Positions 50,563 through 59,989 of a DNA stretch of 64,000 bases are shown here, piece by piece; position 1 is the first letter of the stretch, and each line of letters begins with the position of its first letter. Source of the stretch: Algoriphagus sp. (GTDB lineage Bacteria; Bacteroidota; Bacteroidia; Cytophagales; Cyclobacteriaceae); the NCBI GenBank assembly GCA_029945945.1, contig JAQSDM010000001.1:25705-89704 (forward strand). The letters are read 5' to 3'. A program made the position numbers and the translations under genes. The notes beneath the pieces are model-generated. The model made no database searches and was not told the DNA's origin. It saw only the letters and a list, made by a program, of their open reading frames with translations.

Positions 50563-51465
50563 TTAAAAATACATTTCCTGAGCCAATCTGAACACTTGAG
50601 TATGTGCTTCCACAATATGGCTTACCCGCTTTGAATACCCTCCCCCCATGCAACACATGATTGGAATTTTGAGGCTTTTTGCAACATTCAACACGGTTTT
50701 ATCTCTTTCCCTGACCCCTCCAATCGTCATACTAAGCCTTCCTAGTTGGTCAGATTCAAGTACATCTACACCGCATTGGTACAAGATGAAATCCGGCTGG
50801 AATTGAACTAAGATTTGATCCAAACAAGCTTTGAGTTTTGCTAGGTATACCTCATCGCCAGTTTTATCGGGTAAGGCACAATCCAGGTGTGATTGCTCTT
50901 TTCGATGCGGATAATTCTTATCGCCATGCATACTAAAAGTGAATACATTTTGACGCTTTCCCAAAATAGCCGCAGTCCCATTCCCCTGATGTACATCCAA
51001 ATCGATTACCAGGACTTTTTGAGCCAATTGATTTTCCAATAAATAATTGGCCGTAATGGCAAGATCATTCAGCAGGCAAAACCCTTCTCCCCGATCGGCA
51101 AATGCATGATGCGTCCCTCCGGCAATATTCATGGCAATGCCAAATTCTTTTGCAAAAAGTGCAGCTTCCACCGAACCGCTCAAAATATTGATTTCTCTTT
51201 CTATTAAAACATGACTGAGCGGAAAGCCCGTAGCCCGAATTTCTGATTTACTCAGCTGAAGTGTTTTAAGTTTTTCAAGGTATTCCTTGGAATGGGTATT
51301 GAGAATCCATCGTTCATCGATCATTCCCGGAACGAAAAAATTTTCATCATTGACAGTTCCTTCGTAAAGAAGTTGCTCTGGAAGAAGTTCATATTTTTCC
51401 ATCGGAAATCTATGCCCTGAAGGTAAAGGATGAGAATAAAGGGATGAAAAGGCAATTTTGAGCAT
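50563..51465 (-). CDS. histone deacetylase family protein (acetylpolyamine/acetoin-utilisation amidohydrolase-like)
   Basis: It has the blocks GGTHHAF, FCLLND and DLDVHQGNGT. ATG 51465 is supported by the terminator of the upstream gene at 51466-51493. Confidence 0.85.
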   Translation of the reverse strand: MLKIAFSSLYSHPLPSGHRFPMEKYELLPEQLLYEGTVNDENFFVPGMIDERWILNTHSKEYLEKLKTLQLSKSEIRATGFPLSHVLIEREINILSGSVEAALFAKEFGIAMNIAGGTHHAFADRGEGFCLLNDLAITANYLLENQLAQKVLVIDLDVHQGNGTAAILGKRQNVFTFSMHGDKNYPHRKEQSHLDCALPDKTGDEVYLAKLKACLDQILVQFQPDFILYQCGVDVLESDQLGRLSMTIGGVRERDKTVLNVAKSLKIPIMCCMGGGYSKRVSHIVEAHTQVFRLAQEMYF

Positions 51466-51493
51466 AAAAAAACGCTTGTCTTTTAACAAGCGT
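51466..51493 (-). terminator. intrinsic terminator after the 189-aa acidic protein gene
   Basis: acgcttgt-N6-acaagcgt, followed on the minus strand by TTTTTT immediately before the HDAC-like ATG. Confidence 0.65.
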
Positions 51494-51521
51494 CAAACCG
51501 TATTGTTAGAAAATCTCCTGA

Positions 51522-52091
51522 TTAATCGTCCTCTTCCACGTCTTCCTCTTCGGATTGAAAGGCAAACATTGTGTCATCCAGAACCAAAGTATCATCATTG
51601 AATTCCTTGATAAACTTCGCAACTACTTTCTCATCAATTGAATCAATATTCAAGGCAGCATCCAAACCAATCCCGTAGTCGTGATTGGTATCAAGGTCTA
51701 CAAACTCCTGAACTTTCACAGATTCATCTTCTTCGATATCCATTATGATCTCCGTAATGAACCAGCCGATCTCTTCCTCCTCACTTGTCAAAGGCTTCAT
51801 GTTTCCTTCCTCATCTTCTTCGTAAGTGATTCCTTTGAAGTTTGGGAATTTTTTGGCAGCCTCATGCTCTGCAAGCTCATAAACTTCACTTGAATGGTGA
51901 AGTCTTAACGTATAAAGAGCGGCATCATAAATTACCTCTCTGCCTTCAAACATTCCTATGAAATAAAAATTGACATATTCATCTGAATTCTCCTCATCAG
52001 GAATGATTTTAAAAGGTTTTCCCAGTTTCTTCAGTTCCCTTTTTAGTTCTTCGATATTTTTGGGATCAAAACCTGGATTTGGGATTGACAT
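51522..52091 (-). CDS. hypothetical acidic protein (189 aa)
   Basis: Long ORF with normal codon texture and strongly acidic stretches, including the C-terminal SEEEDVEEDD. I recognise no family. Confidence 0.55.
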   Translation of the reverse strand: MSIPNPGFDPKNIEELKRELKKLGKPFKIIPDEENSDEYVNFYFIGMFEGREVIYDAALYTLRLHHSSEVYELAEHEAAKKFPNFKGITYEEDEEGNMKPLTSEEEEIGWFITEIIMDIEEDESVKVQEFVDLDTNHDYGIGLDAALNIDSIDEKVVAKFIKEFNDDTLVLDDTMFAFQSEEEDVEEDD

Positions 52092-52187
52092 GACTCAAAA
52101 GTTTTAGTGATGGATGAAAGTAATAGAAATGATGTTCAATGATACTAAATGAAATATTAATATAGTACCAAAATCTGAACGAATAAA

Positions 52188-52622
52188 ATGAATTTAACAA
52201 AGTTTGATGAAGATTACGTAAAATTTTTGATCAGCTCAAAAGAAAGTAAAACGCTGGATTTCAAGCAGAAAGTAACTTCGAAAGAGAAAATTGCAAGGAC
52301 AATGGCTGCCATGGCAAATACTGAAGGAGGTATAATTGTGATTGGTCTTTCTGATCAAAAAAAAATTACCGGAATAGATCCAGAGGAAGAAAAATTCATG
52401 GTTGAGTCTGCCAACGAGATTTACTGCACTCCCAGAGTATCTCTTTCGTGTGAATCCTTCGTCATTCATGATTCTGATCAGGAGAAGAAAAACAAGGATG
52501 AAAAATTTCTGCTCTTGGTAGAAATAAAAAAGAGTGCAGGCCCCAAAATCTATACGTCAGATAACATGGGAAACCGAAAACTCTATATAAGAGTTGATGA
52601 CCAAACACGGTTAATTCCCTAA
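52188..52622 (+). CDS. AlbA_2 (Schlafen/divergent AAA-4-like) domain protein, stand-alone
   Basis: 144 aa. ESKTLDFKQKV...IARTMAAMANTEGGIIVIGLSD is the hallmark of the AlbA_2 nucleic-acid-binding domain. There is no downstream HTH or ATPase part. Confidence 0.65.
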   Translation: MNLTKFDEDYVKFLISSKESKTLDFKQKVTSKEKIARTMAAMANTEGGIIVIGLSDQKKITGIDPEEEKFMVESANEIYCTPRVSLSCESFVIHDSDQEKKNKDEKFLLLVEIKKSAGPKIYTSDNMGNRKLYIRVDDQTRLIP

Positions 52623-52967
52623 ATCCAACCGATTGCCGAAAAGTGAATTGATAATACTGAGGACAATCGCAAATAATATTGCCCACCAGAATCCGTCCAC
52701 GCTAAAACCATCAATAAAACGGTCAGCCAAAAGGATCATAAGTGCGTTAATTACCAGCAAAAATAGCCCAAAGGTGATCAGAGTAAGCGGGAGTGTTAAT
52801 AAAACCAAGATTGGTTTGAGGGTAAGATTGATCAAAATGATTGCAGCTGCCAGAATAAATCCAGTCATCCAACCATCTATATGAACACCTGGCAATAAAA
52901 ACTCCGCTATCAAAACTGAAATCCCACCCAGGAGAATTTTGACTAAAAAACTTTGTGCTTTATCCAT
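52611..52967 (-). CDS. phage holin family IV / DUF360 (YvlD-like) membrane protein
   Basis: 118 aa with four TM segments and the pattern LLPGVHIDGW...LKPILVLLTLPLTLITFGLFLLVINALMILL. Confidence 0.7.
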   Translation of the reverse strand: MDKAQSFLVKILLGGISVLIAEFLLPGVHIDGWMTGFILAAAIILINLTLKPILVLLTLPLTLITFGLFLLVINALMILLADRFIDGFSVDGFWWAILFAIVLSIINSLFGNRLDLGN

Positions 52968-53084
52968 TGTTTCAATGTGGTGCTTGATTTAAAGTAAAAC
53001 AATTTTCAATTTAAATCTGATAAAAATCAGTTACTATTTCCCTTTCTGCGTTCGTAAAATCAGGCGTTTGTTAAGAGTTCACCT

Positions 53085-53092
53085 TATATTTG
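53085..53092 (+). promoter_or_regulatory. candidate Bacteroidota sigma-A -7 box (TAnnTTTG)
   Basis: TATATTTG lies 27 nt upstream of the desaturase GTG. Confidence 0.3.
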
Positions 53093-53118
53093 CATCATCA
53101 CCTTTAATCAATTAACAA

Positions 53119-53868
53119 GTGATTATTATTGTCCTGTTTCTTTTGCACTGGTATTTCTCCCTGTTTTGCCAGAGTTTCTTCCTTCACCGGTATTCAGCCC
53201 ATCAAATGTTCTCCATGACAAAGTTTTGGGAACGTTTCTTTTATGTTTTTACCTGGTTGTGGCAAGGAAGTTCCTATTTATCACCAAGAGCATATGCGAT
53301 TCTTCACAGAATGCACCATGCTTACAGTGATACTCCTTTAGACCCCCATAGTCCTCACCACACCGAGAATCTATTTACGATGATGTGGAAAACTAAAAAT
53401 ATCTACAATGATTATTTCTCTTTCAAACTGAAGCCTGAAGATCGGTTTTCAAAGGACATTCCAGATTGGAACAAGTTTGACAGATTTGCAGATACCATGT
53501 TTGTTCGAGTGAGTTGGGGCATCGTGTACATTCTGATTTATGTCTTGAGTATTTCTGTTTTTGAATTGGCAGGTACGCATTGGTGGATGTATTTTTTATT
53601 GCCAATTCATTTTATGATGGGTCCTGTTCATGGAGCGATCGTCAATTGGAGCGGTCACAAGTATGGTTATTCCAACTTTGACAACAATGATCACTCCAAA
53701 AACAGCCTCTTATTAGATGTATTGATGCTTGGTGAACTATTCCAAAACAATCACCATAAGCTTCCAAACAGACCTAATTTCGCTGTAAAATGGTACGAAT
53801 TTGATCCAACCTACCCTATAGTAAAACTCCTACATGCTACCGGAATAATCAAAATGAGAACAACATAA
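53119..53868 (+). CDS. acyl-CoA (delta-9 type) fatty-acid desaturase
   Basis: 249 aa from a GTG start, with His boxes HRYSAH, HRMHHAYSD and NNHH. A TAnnTTTG box lies 27 nt upstream. Confidence 0.85.
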   Translation: MIIIVLFLLHWYFSLFCQSFFLHRYSAHQMFSMTKFWERFFYVFTWLWQGSSYLSPRAYAILHRMHHAYSDTPLDPHSPHHTENLFTMMWKTKNIYNDYFSFKLKPEDRFSKDIPDWNKFDRFADTMFVRVSWGIVYILIYVLSISVFELAGTHWWMYFLLPIHFMMGPVHGAIVNWSGHKYGYSNFDNNDHSKNSLLLDVLMLGELFQNNHHKLPNRPNFAVKWYEFDPTYPIVKLLHATGIIKMRTT

Positions 53869-53883
53869 ATAGTACAAAACACA

Positions 53884-53910
53884 AAGCCTCCCATCGGAGG
53901 CTTTTTTTTA
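53884..53910 (+). terminator. intrinsic terminator of the delta-9 desaturase gene
   Basis: aagcctcc-catc-ggaggctt followed by tttttttt. Confidence 0.8.
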
Positions 53911-54035
53911 AAATATTATCAATCAGCATCTTAAGAATTTTTAAACTAAATTATAATACTATTCTTGGAATTTTTTTTGCATAAAAGAAACTAAATGAAT
54001 AATTTAATGTCGATTTAAAACTTAACACCTTATTT

Positions 54036-54365
54036 ATGAAACCATTAACCAGAGCAGAAGAAGAGATCATGCAGATCCTTTGGGATATCGAGCGAGGATT
54101 CGTGAAAGATATCTTGTTGCCAATGACTGAGCCAAAACCGGCTTACAATACAGTATCAACAATTGTAAGAATTCTTGAAAGAAAAGGTTTTGTGAGCCAC
54201 AAGTCTTATGGCAAAAGCCATGAGTATTTCCCGATCGTTTCTAAAGACGAATACAGAACATTTATCATAAAGAGAATGCTCGAAGGTTATTTCGAAAGTT
54301 CTTTTGGTAAACTTTCCTCATTCTTCAAAAACGATGAAACACTCAACACTAAAACTTACCAATAA
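54036..54365 (+). CDS. BlaI/MecI/CopY family transcriptional repressor
   Basis: 109 aa winged helix (LTRAEEEIMQILWD..., AYNTVSTIVRILERKGFV). No BlaR1/M56 sensor gene follows it. Confidence 0.85.
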   Translation: MKPLTRAEEEIMQILWDIERGFVKDILLPMTEPKPAYNTVSTIVRILERKGFVSHKSYGKSHEYFPIVSKDEYRTFIIKRMLEGYFESSFGKLSSFFKNDETLNTKTYQ

Positions 54366-54384
54366 TTCTTGGAAGTTTCTTAAG

Positions 54385-54417
54385 CAAAAAAACCTGGCAT
54401 TATCTGCCAGGTTTTTT
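54385..54417. terminator. bidirectional terminator (blaI-like / tricorn-like genes)
   Basis: aaaaaaa-cctggca-ttatc-tgccagg-tttttt. Confidence 0.8.
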
Positions 54418-54440
54418 CGTTTTACTTCAATCTAAAGTTC

Positions 54441-57400
54441 TTATTTCACATCTTTCAAAAGCTCCTCTACTGCTTTCTCAAGCTGCTTGTCAATTCCTTT
54501 ATCAATTTGACCCGGCATGTTCTTAACCTGAAACTGAGGTTTTGTTTCATTGTTTTCCATCCATTCACCAGCCATATTCTTAGCAGAGATCGGCACCGCA
54601 CCCCATCTAGATCCATCAGGCAACCCTTCCCAACCTGCAAAAGAACAAGTTCCCGGAGTTGGCATACCGACAGTCTTTCCGATTTTCAGATCGGTGTAGC
54701 CACAAGCAAAACAATGTCCGTCAGAATAATTCGCTTCATTGAACATTGCCAACGTTGGTTTTGTCCAGCGTGCGGTTGGCTCATAGCCCACTTCTCTGGC
54801 TTCAGTGGCATAAGTCAAAAACTGCTCACCTGTAAAGAACATGGCCAGATCAGCTACCAGGTCACCTCCTCCATTGAAACGAGTATCTACAATCACACCT
54901 TTAGTGTCATGGTATTTTCCCATCATTTCCTCATAGACATTTCTGTACGGCCCGTCGCTCATACCCGGGATGTGAACGTATCCCAATTTTCCCCCACTCA
55001 AGCTGTCAACTTCCTGCTGATTTTTCTTTACCCATCGCTTGTAGAGCAATTGATTTTCCTGGGCAATCGTGATTGGTTTGATTGTAATCTGCTTTCTGGT
55101 GGACGTCTTTGGGTCAAAAACTTCCAGTAACGTAAATTTATCCGCTTTCCGGTTAAGGAATTTTGAGAAATCATGGTCGGCTGTGATCAGTTCGCCATCA
55201 ATGTATTCGATGATCATTCCTGCTTTGATACCCAGATCTGCTTTGTCCAAAGGACCTCCAGCGATAATCTCAGTCACTTTAATCCCGTTTCCTGAGTTCT
55301 TGTAATCATAAAATATCCCCAAAGATGCAGTCGCATCAGCCATAGGAACGGTTCTGGAATAGCGGGCTCCTGCATGGGAGACATTCAATTCACCAATCAT
55401 CTCAGAAAGCATTTCTGCAAACTCATAACTATTTCCAATATGCGGCAAGTATTTCTGGTAGCCGACTTTTGAAGCATTCCAATCAACTCCATGCATCGTT
55501 GGAGTATAGAATATTCCCTTGGTGCGAAGCCAAACATGCTCAAACATATAGACCATCTCAGCCTCTTTATCAAAAGTCATTTCACCTGCAATCTTGATCG
55601 CTTCCTTCTTCATTGTTTCAGGATTGATCTTCGATATATTTCCATCACTCACCAGAAACAGATTCTTTTGCTCCTTATCCCACATCAACCTTCCGGAATT
55701 TGCTGCAAGGCTGATTTCCTGTTTGGTTTCTTTTGTCCGGAGGTTTGTACTCCAAAGATTTAATCCCTTCTCAAAGCTGGTGAGGTAGTAAAGCTTCTCC
55801 CCATCTTTGGACAACACGGCATCACCCAAACCGGAAGAATGGATAGTTAGTCTGGATTTGCGGTCCTCAATCCCATCCCAATCAAAAACGATCGGATTAA
55901 CTTCTTTTTCCTCAGGCTTCTTGTCGGAAGTTTTATCATCCTTCTTTTCTTCGTTCTTTTTCTGAGTTTTTTCGATTTCGGTCAACAAGTCAAAGTCTTC
56001 TTTGGATAGTCTGAACTTATCCCAAGCTGCTTTGTCAAAGAATAAAGTATAGACGTCTTCCTGGCTTTGACCACTTGTAGCATAGCTTCGAAGTCCATCC
56101 CTGTTGGAAAACCAAAGGATTTGCTTGCCTTCATTGACCCAGGTAGCCCGATCGTCACCATAACCACTGTTAGTGATTTTTCGCATTTTTTCTTTCCCTG
56201 TGGCATCCAGCAACACGACTTCTGAATTGGCCATCGTAGGCCTGTAGGATGCCAGCAACCACTTACTGTCAGGACTCCAGGTGAAATATTGGTCTCCGTC
56301 ACTCATGTGAAATAACTGCTCCGGGGTCAGCAAAGTGACAGTTGTCTTTGAAGCCAGATCCAAAATCTTCAGTGTTCGGCGACCTTCGATGTAGGCTAGC
56401 TTCTTTCCGTCCGGAGAAAACTTTGATAAATACGCATCCTCTGTGACGCTGACCAGTGGCTTCTCTTGCAAAAGTGTGGAAGCAAAGAAGAATGGTTCCT
56501 CGGCCCTGGTTTTTGTGGTTTGGAAAATTTGCCACTTGCCGTTTCGCTCGCTGGAATACACAACTGATTTTCCGTCTGGCGCAAATTCCACAAATCGCTC
56601 CTGCTCAGGAGTATTAGTGATCCTCTTTGTAAGAGATCCATCGACGGACGTCACAAATACCTCACCTCTCGCGATGAAGGCTATTTCTTTTCCATCCGGT
56701 GAAATAGACATTTCTCTCACACCCCCATTAATAGCGATGTAATTATCCGGATTGCTGATGGATTGAGTTTGAAGTGAAACCGCAAGTTTCTTAGGCTGCT
56801 CGCCTTTTCTCATGGTGTAAATTTCGCCGTCAAAACCAAAGCTCAAAAGTCCATCCGTCGAACTGCTTAAGAATCGAACAGGAAAATCTTTGAAACTAGT
56901 TAATGCCTCGGGCTGAGCAGGATTTGCAAGATTCATTGCAAACACATTGAAACTTCCATTTGCCTCGCTTAGGTAATAGATTTCTTTTTCATCTGGAGAA
57001 AAGACAGGATTTCTATCCTCACCATAGAAACTTGTGAGCATTTTATGAGAATTGGAAGCCCCATCATAGATCCAGATATCTCTTGTGATACCCGATTGGT
57101 GGCGTTTTCTCCATTCATTTTCACCCCCCTTTTTATCGTGGTAAATCATCTTTGCTCCTGATTTGCTGGACTGGACGTATTCTGCAGGTAGTGTCCATAT
57201 CTGGTCCACGCGTCCTCCTTTCTTTGGCACAGCATATAACTCTGGCTGAGAAGCGGTTGGATATTGCCTATGCTCAGCAAGGTCCATTCTCCCAGTTCCG
57301 AAGATCACTTTTTGGTCATCGAAAGTAAAATCATAAGGAACCTCATCATTGGAATGATACGTCAACCGACTGGCAGGACCGCCGGCAGCATCCATTAGAA

Positions 57401-57680
57401 AGATGTCAAAATTGCCATATCGGTCGGAAGCAAAAGCTATTTGCTTTCCATCCCTGCTCCATACTGCTTTGTAATCATGGGCTTCGTGAAAGGTGATTTG
57501 TCTGGCGTCCCCGCCCTGACTTGGCACCAGGAATAAATCACCTTTGTAGGTAAAGACGATCTGGCTTCCATCTGGTGAAATCGCAGGATAACGCATCCAT
57601 TGTGGAGCACTTTGGCCAAAGGCCGCACTTGCAAAAAAGCAGCTCAGCATTATTGCTGTCAACCTAAAATTAAAATTCAT
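54441..57680 (-). CDS. tricorn protease homolog (S41 peptidase with beta-propellers and PDZ)
   Basis: About 1079 aa. A signal peptide follows the internal Met (MNFNFRLTAIMLSCFFASAAFGQ). It has TolB-like repeats (SPDG...F...R), a PDZ-like segment and a C-terminal S41 block (VDTRFNGGGD). The start was chosen by track arithmetic; the track ORF extends to 57737. Confidence 0.85.
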   Translation of the reverse strand: MNFNFRLTAIMLSCFFASAAFGQSAPQWMRYPAISPDGSQIVFTYKGDLFLVPSQGGDARQITFHEAHDYKAVWSRDGKQIAFASDRYGNFDIFLMDAAGGPASRLTYHSNDEVPYDFTFDDQKVIFGTGRMDLAEHRQYPTASQPELYAVPKKGGRVDQIWTLPAEYVQSSKSGAKMIYHDKKGGENEWRKRHQSGITRDIWIYDGASNSHKMLTSFYGEDRNPVFSPDEKEIYYLSEANGSFNVFAMNLANPAQPEALTSFKDFPVRFLSSSTDGLLSFGFDGEIYTMRKGEQPKKLAVSLQTQSISNPDNYIAINGGVREMSISPDGKEIAFIARGEVFVTSVDGSLTKRITNTPEQERFVEFAPDGKSVVYSSERNGKWQIFQTTKTRAEEPFFFASTLLQEKPLVSVTEDAYLSKFSPDGKKLAYIEGRRTLKILDLASKTTVTLLTPEQLFHMSDGDQYFTWSPDSKWLLASYRPTMANSEVVLLDATGKEKMRKITNSGYGDDRATWVNEGKQILWFSNRDGLRSYATSGQSQEDVYTLFFDKAAWDKFRLSKEDFDLLTEIEKTQKKNEEKKDDKTSDKKPEEKEVNPIVFDWDGIEDRKSRLTIHSSGLGDAVLSKDGEKLYYLTSFEKGLNLWSTNLRTKETKQEISLAANSGRLMWDKEQKNLFLVSDGNISKINPETMKKEAIKIAGEMTFDKEAEMVYMFEHVWLRTKGIFYTPTMHGVDWNASKVGYQKYLPHIGNSYEFAEMLSEMIGELNVSHAGARYSRTVPMADATASLGIFYDYKNSGNGIKVTEIIAGGPLDKADLGIKAGMIIEYIDGELITADHDFSKFLNRKADKFTLLEVFDPKTSTRKQITIKPITIAQENQLLYKRWVKKNQQEVDSLSGGKLGYVHIPGMSDGPYRNVYEEMMGKYHDTKGVIVDTRFNGGGDLVADLAMFFTGEQFLTYATEAREVGYEPTARWTKPTLAMFNEANYSDGHCFACGYTDLKIGKTVGMPTPGTCSFAGWEGLPDGSRWGAVPISAKNMAGEWMENNETKPQFQVKNMPGQIDKGIDKQLEKAVEELLKDVK

Positions 57681-57822
57681 TTGATTTGGATTTATGATTC
57701 GAAATAAAGAAAAAATTGAAACACAAATTTGTTGCAAATGCTGAACGGAAATCCTGCCTGACAGAAAGTTAAAATTAGGAGAATCGCTTTGCTGATTTCT
57801 TCATTACTTAAACTGATCAGCC

Positions 57823-57830
57823 TATATTTG
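57823..57830 (+). promoter_or_regulatory. candidate -7 box (TAnnTTTG) for tyrS
   Basis: TATATTTG lies 22 nt upstream of the tyrS ATG. Confidence 0.3.
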
Positions 57831-57851
57831 CCCCTTTAAAAAATCAAAACC

Positions 57852-59144
57852 ATGAATTCATTTATTGAAGAATTACGCTGGAGAGGAATGCTCCAGGACA
57901 TGACCCCTGAAATCGAAGAACATTTGACAAAAGGAATGGCTTCGGCGTATCTGGGATTTGATCCTACAGCTGATTCTCTTCATATAGGTCACCTGGTAGG
58001 TGTAATGACACTTTTACACTTTCAAAGAGCGGGACATAAGCCATTTGCTTTAGTTGGCGGTGCCACCGGCATGATCGGTGATCCATCTTTCAAATCTGCT
58101 GAAAGAAACCTGCTGGATAAATCAACTTTAGACCATAACGTAGCTTGCATTCAAGCCCAACTTTCTAAATTTTTAGATTTCAGCGGAGATACTCCAAACA
58201 AAGCCAGAATGGTAAACAACTATGACTGGATGTCTCAATTCAGCTTTTTGGAGTTTATCCGGGACGTGGGAAAGCATATCACCGTCAACTACATGATGTC
58301 CAAAGACAGCGTGAAACGAAGACTCGAGGATGGTCACGGGCTTTCTTTTACAGAGTTCAGCTATCAATTAATTCAGGGATACGACTTTTTTCACCTTTGG
58401 AAAAATGAGAATTGCACCATTCAGCTTGGCGGTTCTGACCAATGGGGAAATATCGTTACCGGTACCGAACTGATCCGGAAAATGGGGGGAGGAAGTGCCT
58501 ATGCATTGACGGTGCCTCTGATCACGAAGGCTGACGGCACCAAGTTTGGGAAAACTGAAGGTGGGTCAGTTTGGCTCGATCCTGAGAAAACTTCTCCTTA
58601 TGCATTCTACCAATTCTGGTTAAATGTCTCCGATGAGGATGCCTCCAAATACATAAGGATTTTTACTACGCTCGATCAACAAACAATCGAAGACCTTGAA
58701 GAGGAACATATCAAAGCACCTCATTTGAGAGCTTTACAGAAGGAAATTGCCAAACAGGTCACTAAAATGGTCCATAGTGAAGCAGATTTAGAGATGGCCG
58801 AAAAAGCTTCTGAAATCCTCTTTGGCAAATCCTCAACAGAAGATCTGGCGTCGCTTGACGAGCGCACATTTTTGTCGGTTTTCGACGGAGTACCTCAGGT
58901 TCAGGTGGAGAGCGAGGAATACAAATCTTTGAATGATGTCCTTGATCTGTTTGGCGATATCACAGAGCAAGTGATCTTCCCTTCCAAAGGCGAAGCACGC
59001 AAAATGATTCAGGGAGGAGGAGTAAGTATAAACAAGGAAAAAGTGAGCAACCCTAATCAACTTCTTGAATTCTCTTTACTTCAGGATAAATACCTTTTGA
59101 TCCAAAAAGGAAAGAAAAATTACTACATCATTGAAGTGATTTAA
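57852..59144 (+). CDS. tyrS: tyrosine--tRNA ligase
   Basis: 430 aa with a HIGH motif (SLHIGHLV), KMSKS-type KFGKT and a C-terminal S4 domain. Confidence 0.95.
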   Translation: MNSFIEELRWRGMLQDMTPEIEEHLTKGMASAYLGFDPTADSLHIGHLVGVMTLLHFQRAGHKPFALVGGATGMIGDPSFKSAERNLLDKSTLDHNVACIQAQLSKFLDFSGDTPNKARMVNNYDWMSQFSFLEFIRDVGKHITVNYMMSKDSVKRRLEDGHGLSFTEFSYQLIQGYDFFHLWKNENCTIQLGGSDQWGNIVTGTELIRKMGGGSAYALTVPLITKADGTKFGKTEGGSVWLDPEKTSPYAFYQFWLNVSDEDASKYIRIFTTLDQQTIEDLEEEHIKAPHLRALQKEIAKQVTKMVHSEADLEMAEKASEILFGKSSTEDLASLDERTFLSVFDGVPQVQVESEEYKSLNDVLDLFGDITEQVIFPSKGEARKMIQGGGVSINKEKVSNPNQLLEFSLLQDKYLLIQKGKKNYYIIEVI

Positions 59145-59166
59145 GTAAGTGACTCCTAGCGTAAAA

Positions 59167-59198
59167 GGGCTTGATTGTTGAAATCAGGCCCTTTTTTA
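59167..59198 (+). terminator. intrinsic terminator of tyrS
   Basis: gggcttgatt-gttga-aatcaggccc (one G-U pair) followed by tttttt. Confidence 0.75.
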
Positions 59199-59254
59199 TG
59201 CTTCTTTTTTATGAGTGTAATAAAATTTATCTAATTTTTTTGACCCAAGTTTAA

Positions 59255-59262
59255 TACCTTTG
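59255..59262 (+). promoter_or_regulatory. candidate -7 box (TAnnTTTG) for the TetR-amidohydrolase pair
   Basis: TACCTTTG lies 31 nt upstream of ATG 59293. Confidence 0.3.
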
Positions 59263-59292
59263 AGTTCATTTTTAGGAAATAACGAACTCATC

Positions 59293-59988
59293 ATGGCAGG
59301 AGAAAAAAATAAAGAAAAACTCATTTTAGATTCAGCGGTAGCACTTTTTACCAGTAATGGATTTCAGGCTACGAGGATGGAGGATGTAGCCAAAAAGGCA
59401 GGAATCAGCAAAGGCTTAACCTACTTTTACTACAAAAACAAAGAAGATCTTTTCATGGCTTTGACCAAGAAAGCTTTTGATCAGTTCAAAGATGAATTCC
59501 GTGAAGTCTATCGTTCCAAAGGAAAATCGGGCCTGGATATGATCAATGATTTGGTGATAAGAATTCCTCAGTATGCCCGAAAAAATCAGGTGTATTACGA
59601 TGCGATTCTGAACTTTCTGGATCTGATGAAAAAATACAACGATCCAAAACAACGAGTATTAATCAGTCCGCTGATTTTAGAAAGCGTTCATTTCCAAAAA
59701 CTCCTTGAAATCCATCATGAACCAGCCAAAATCGGAGTAATGATGGTCAGTCAGGGAATCAAAGACGGAAGCATCAGACCTGAACTTCAGCCTGAAATCA
59801 CGTTTTACACAATCTGGAGTATGATCATCGGCTTTGAAAAAATGAGCGGACCGATCGAGTACGAAGGAAAAGAAACCAAAATCAATCCTGAAAACTGGCA
59901 ACCCGGATTTTTGAAACTCCTACAGGATATGCTCAAAGGAACCATACAGGCAACAAGACCAAATACCGTTCAAACCAGTCTTTTCTAA
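59293..59988 (+). CDS. TetR/AcrR family transcriptional regulator
   Basis: N-terminal HTH (GFQATRMEDVAKKAGISKGLTYFYYKNKEDLF). I prefer ATG 59293 over the track start 59260. Confidence 0.85.
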   Translation: MAGEKNKEKLILDSAVALFTSNGFQATRMEDVAKKAGISKGLTYFYYKNKEDLFMALTKKAFDQFKDEFREVYRSKGKSGLDMINDLVIRIPQYARKNQVYYDAILNFLDLMKKYNDPKQRVLISPLILESVHFQKLLEIHHEPAKIGVMMVSQGIKDGSIRPELQPEITFYTIWSMIIGFEKMSGPIEYEGKETKINPENWQPGFLKLLQDMLKGTIQATRPNTVQTSLF

Positions 59989-59989
59989 G

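Noticed and set aside
57655-57685. Apparent 1-nt excess at the 57660/57661 line junction (I read gctgtc|caacct). This would put the first 26 codons of the tricorn-like ORF out of frame with the rest.
   Set aside because: The supplied ORF track, computed from the same sequence, gives one continuous 1098-codon frame, and its arithmetic is self-consistent. I treat this as my own hand-reading or counting error, not a frameshift. It is worth a quick programmatic check only.
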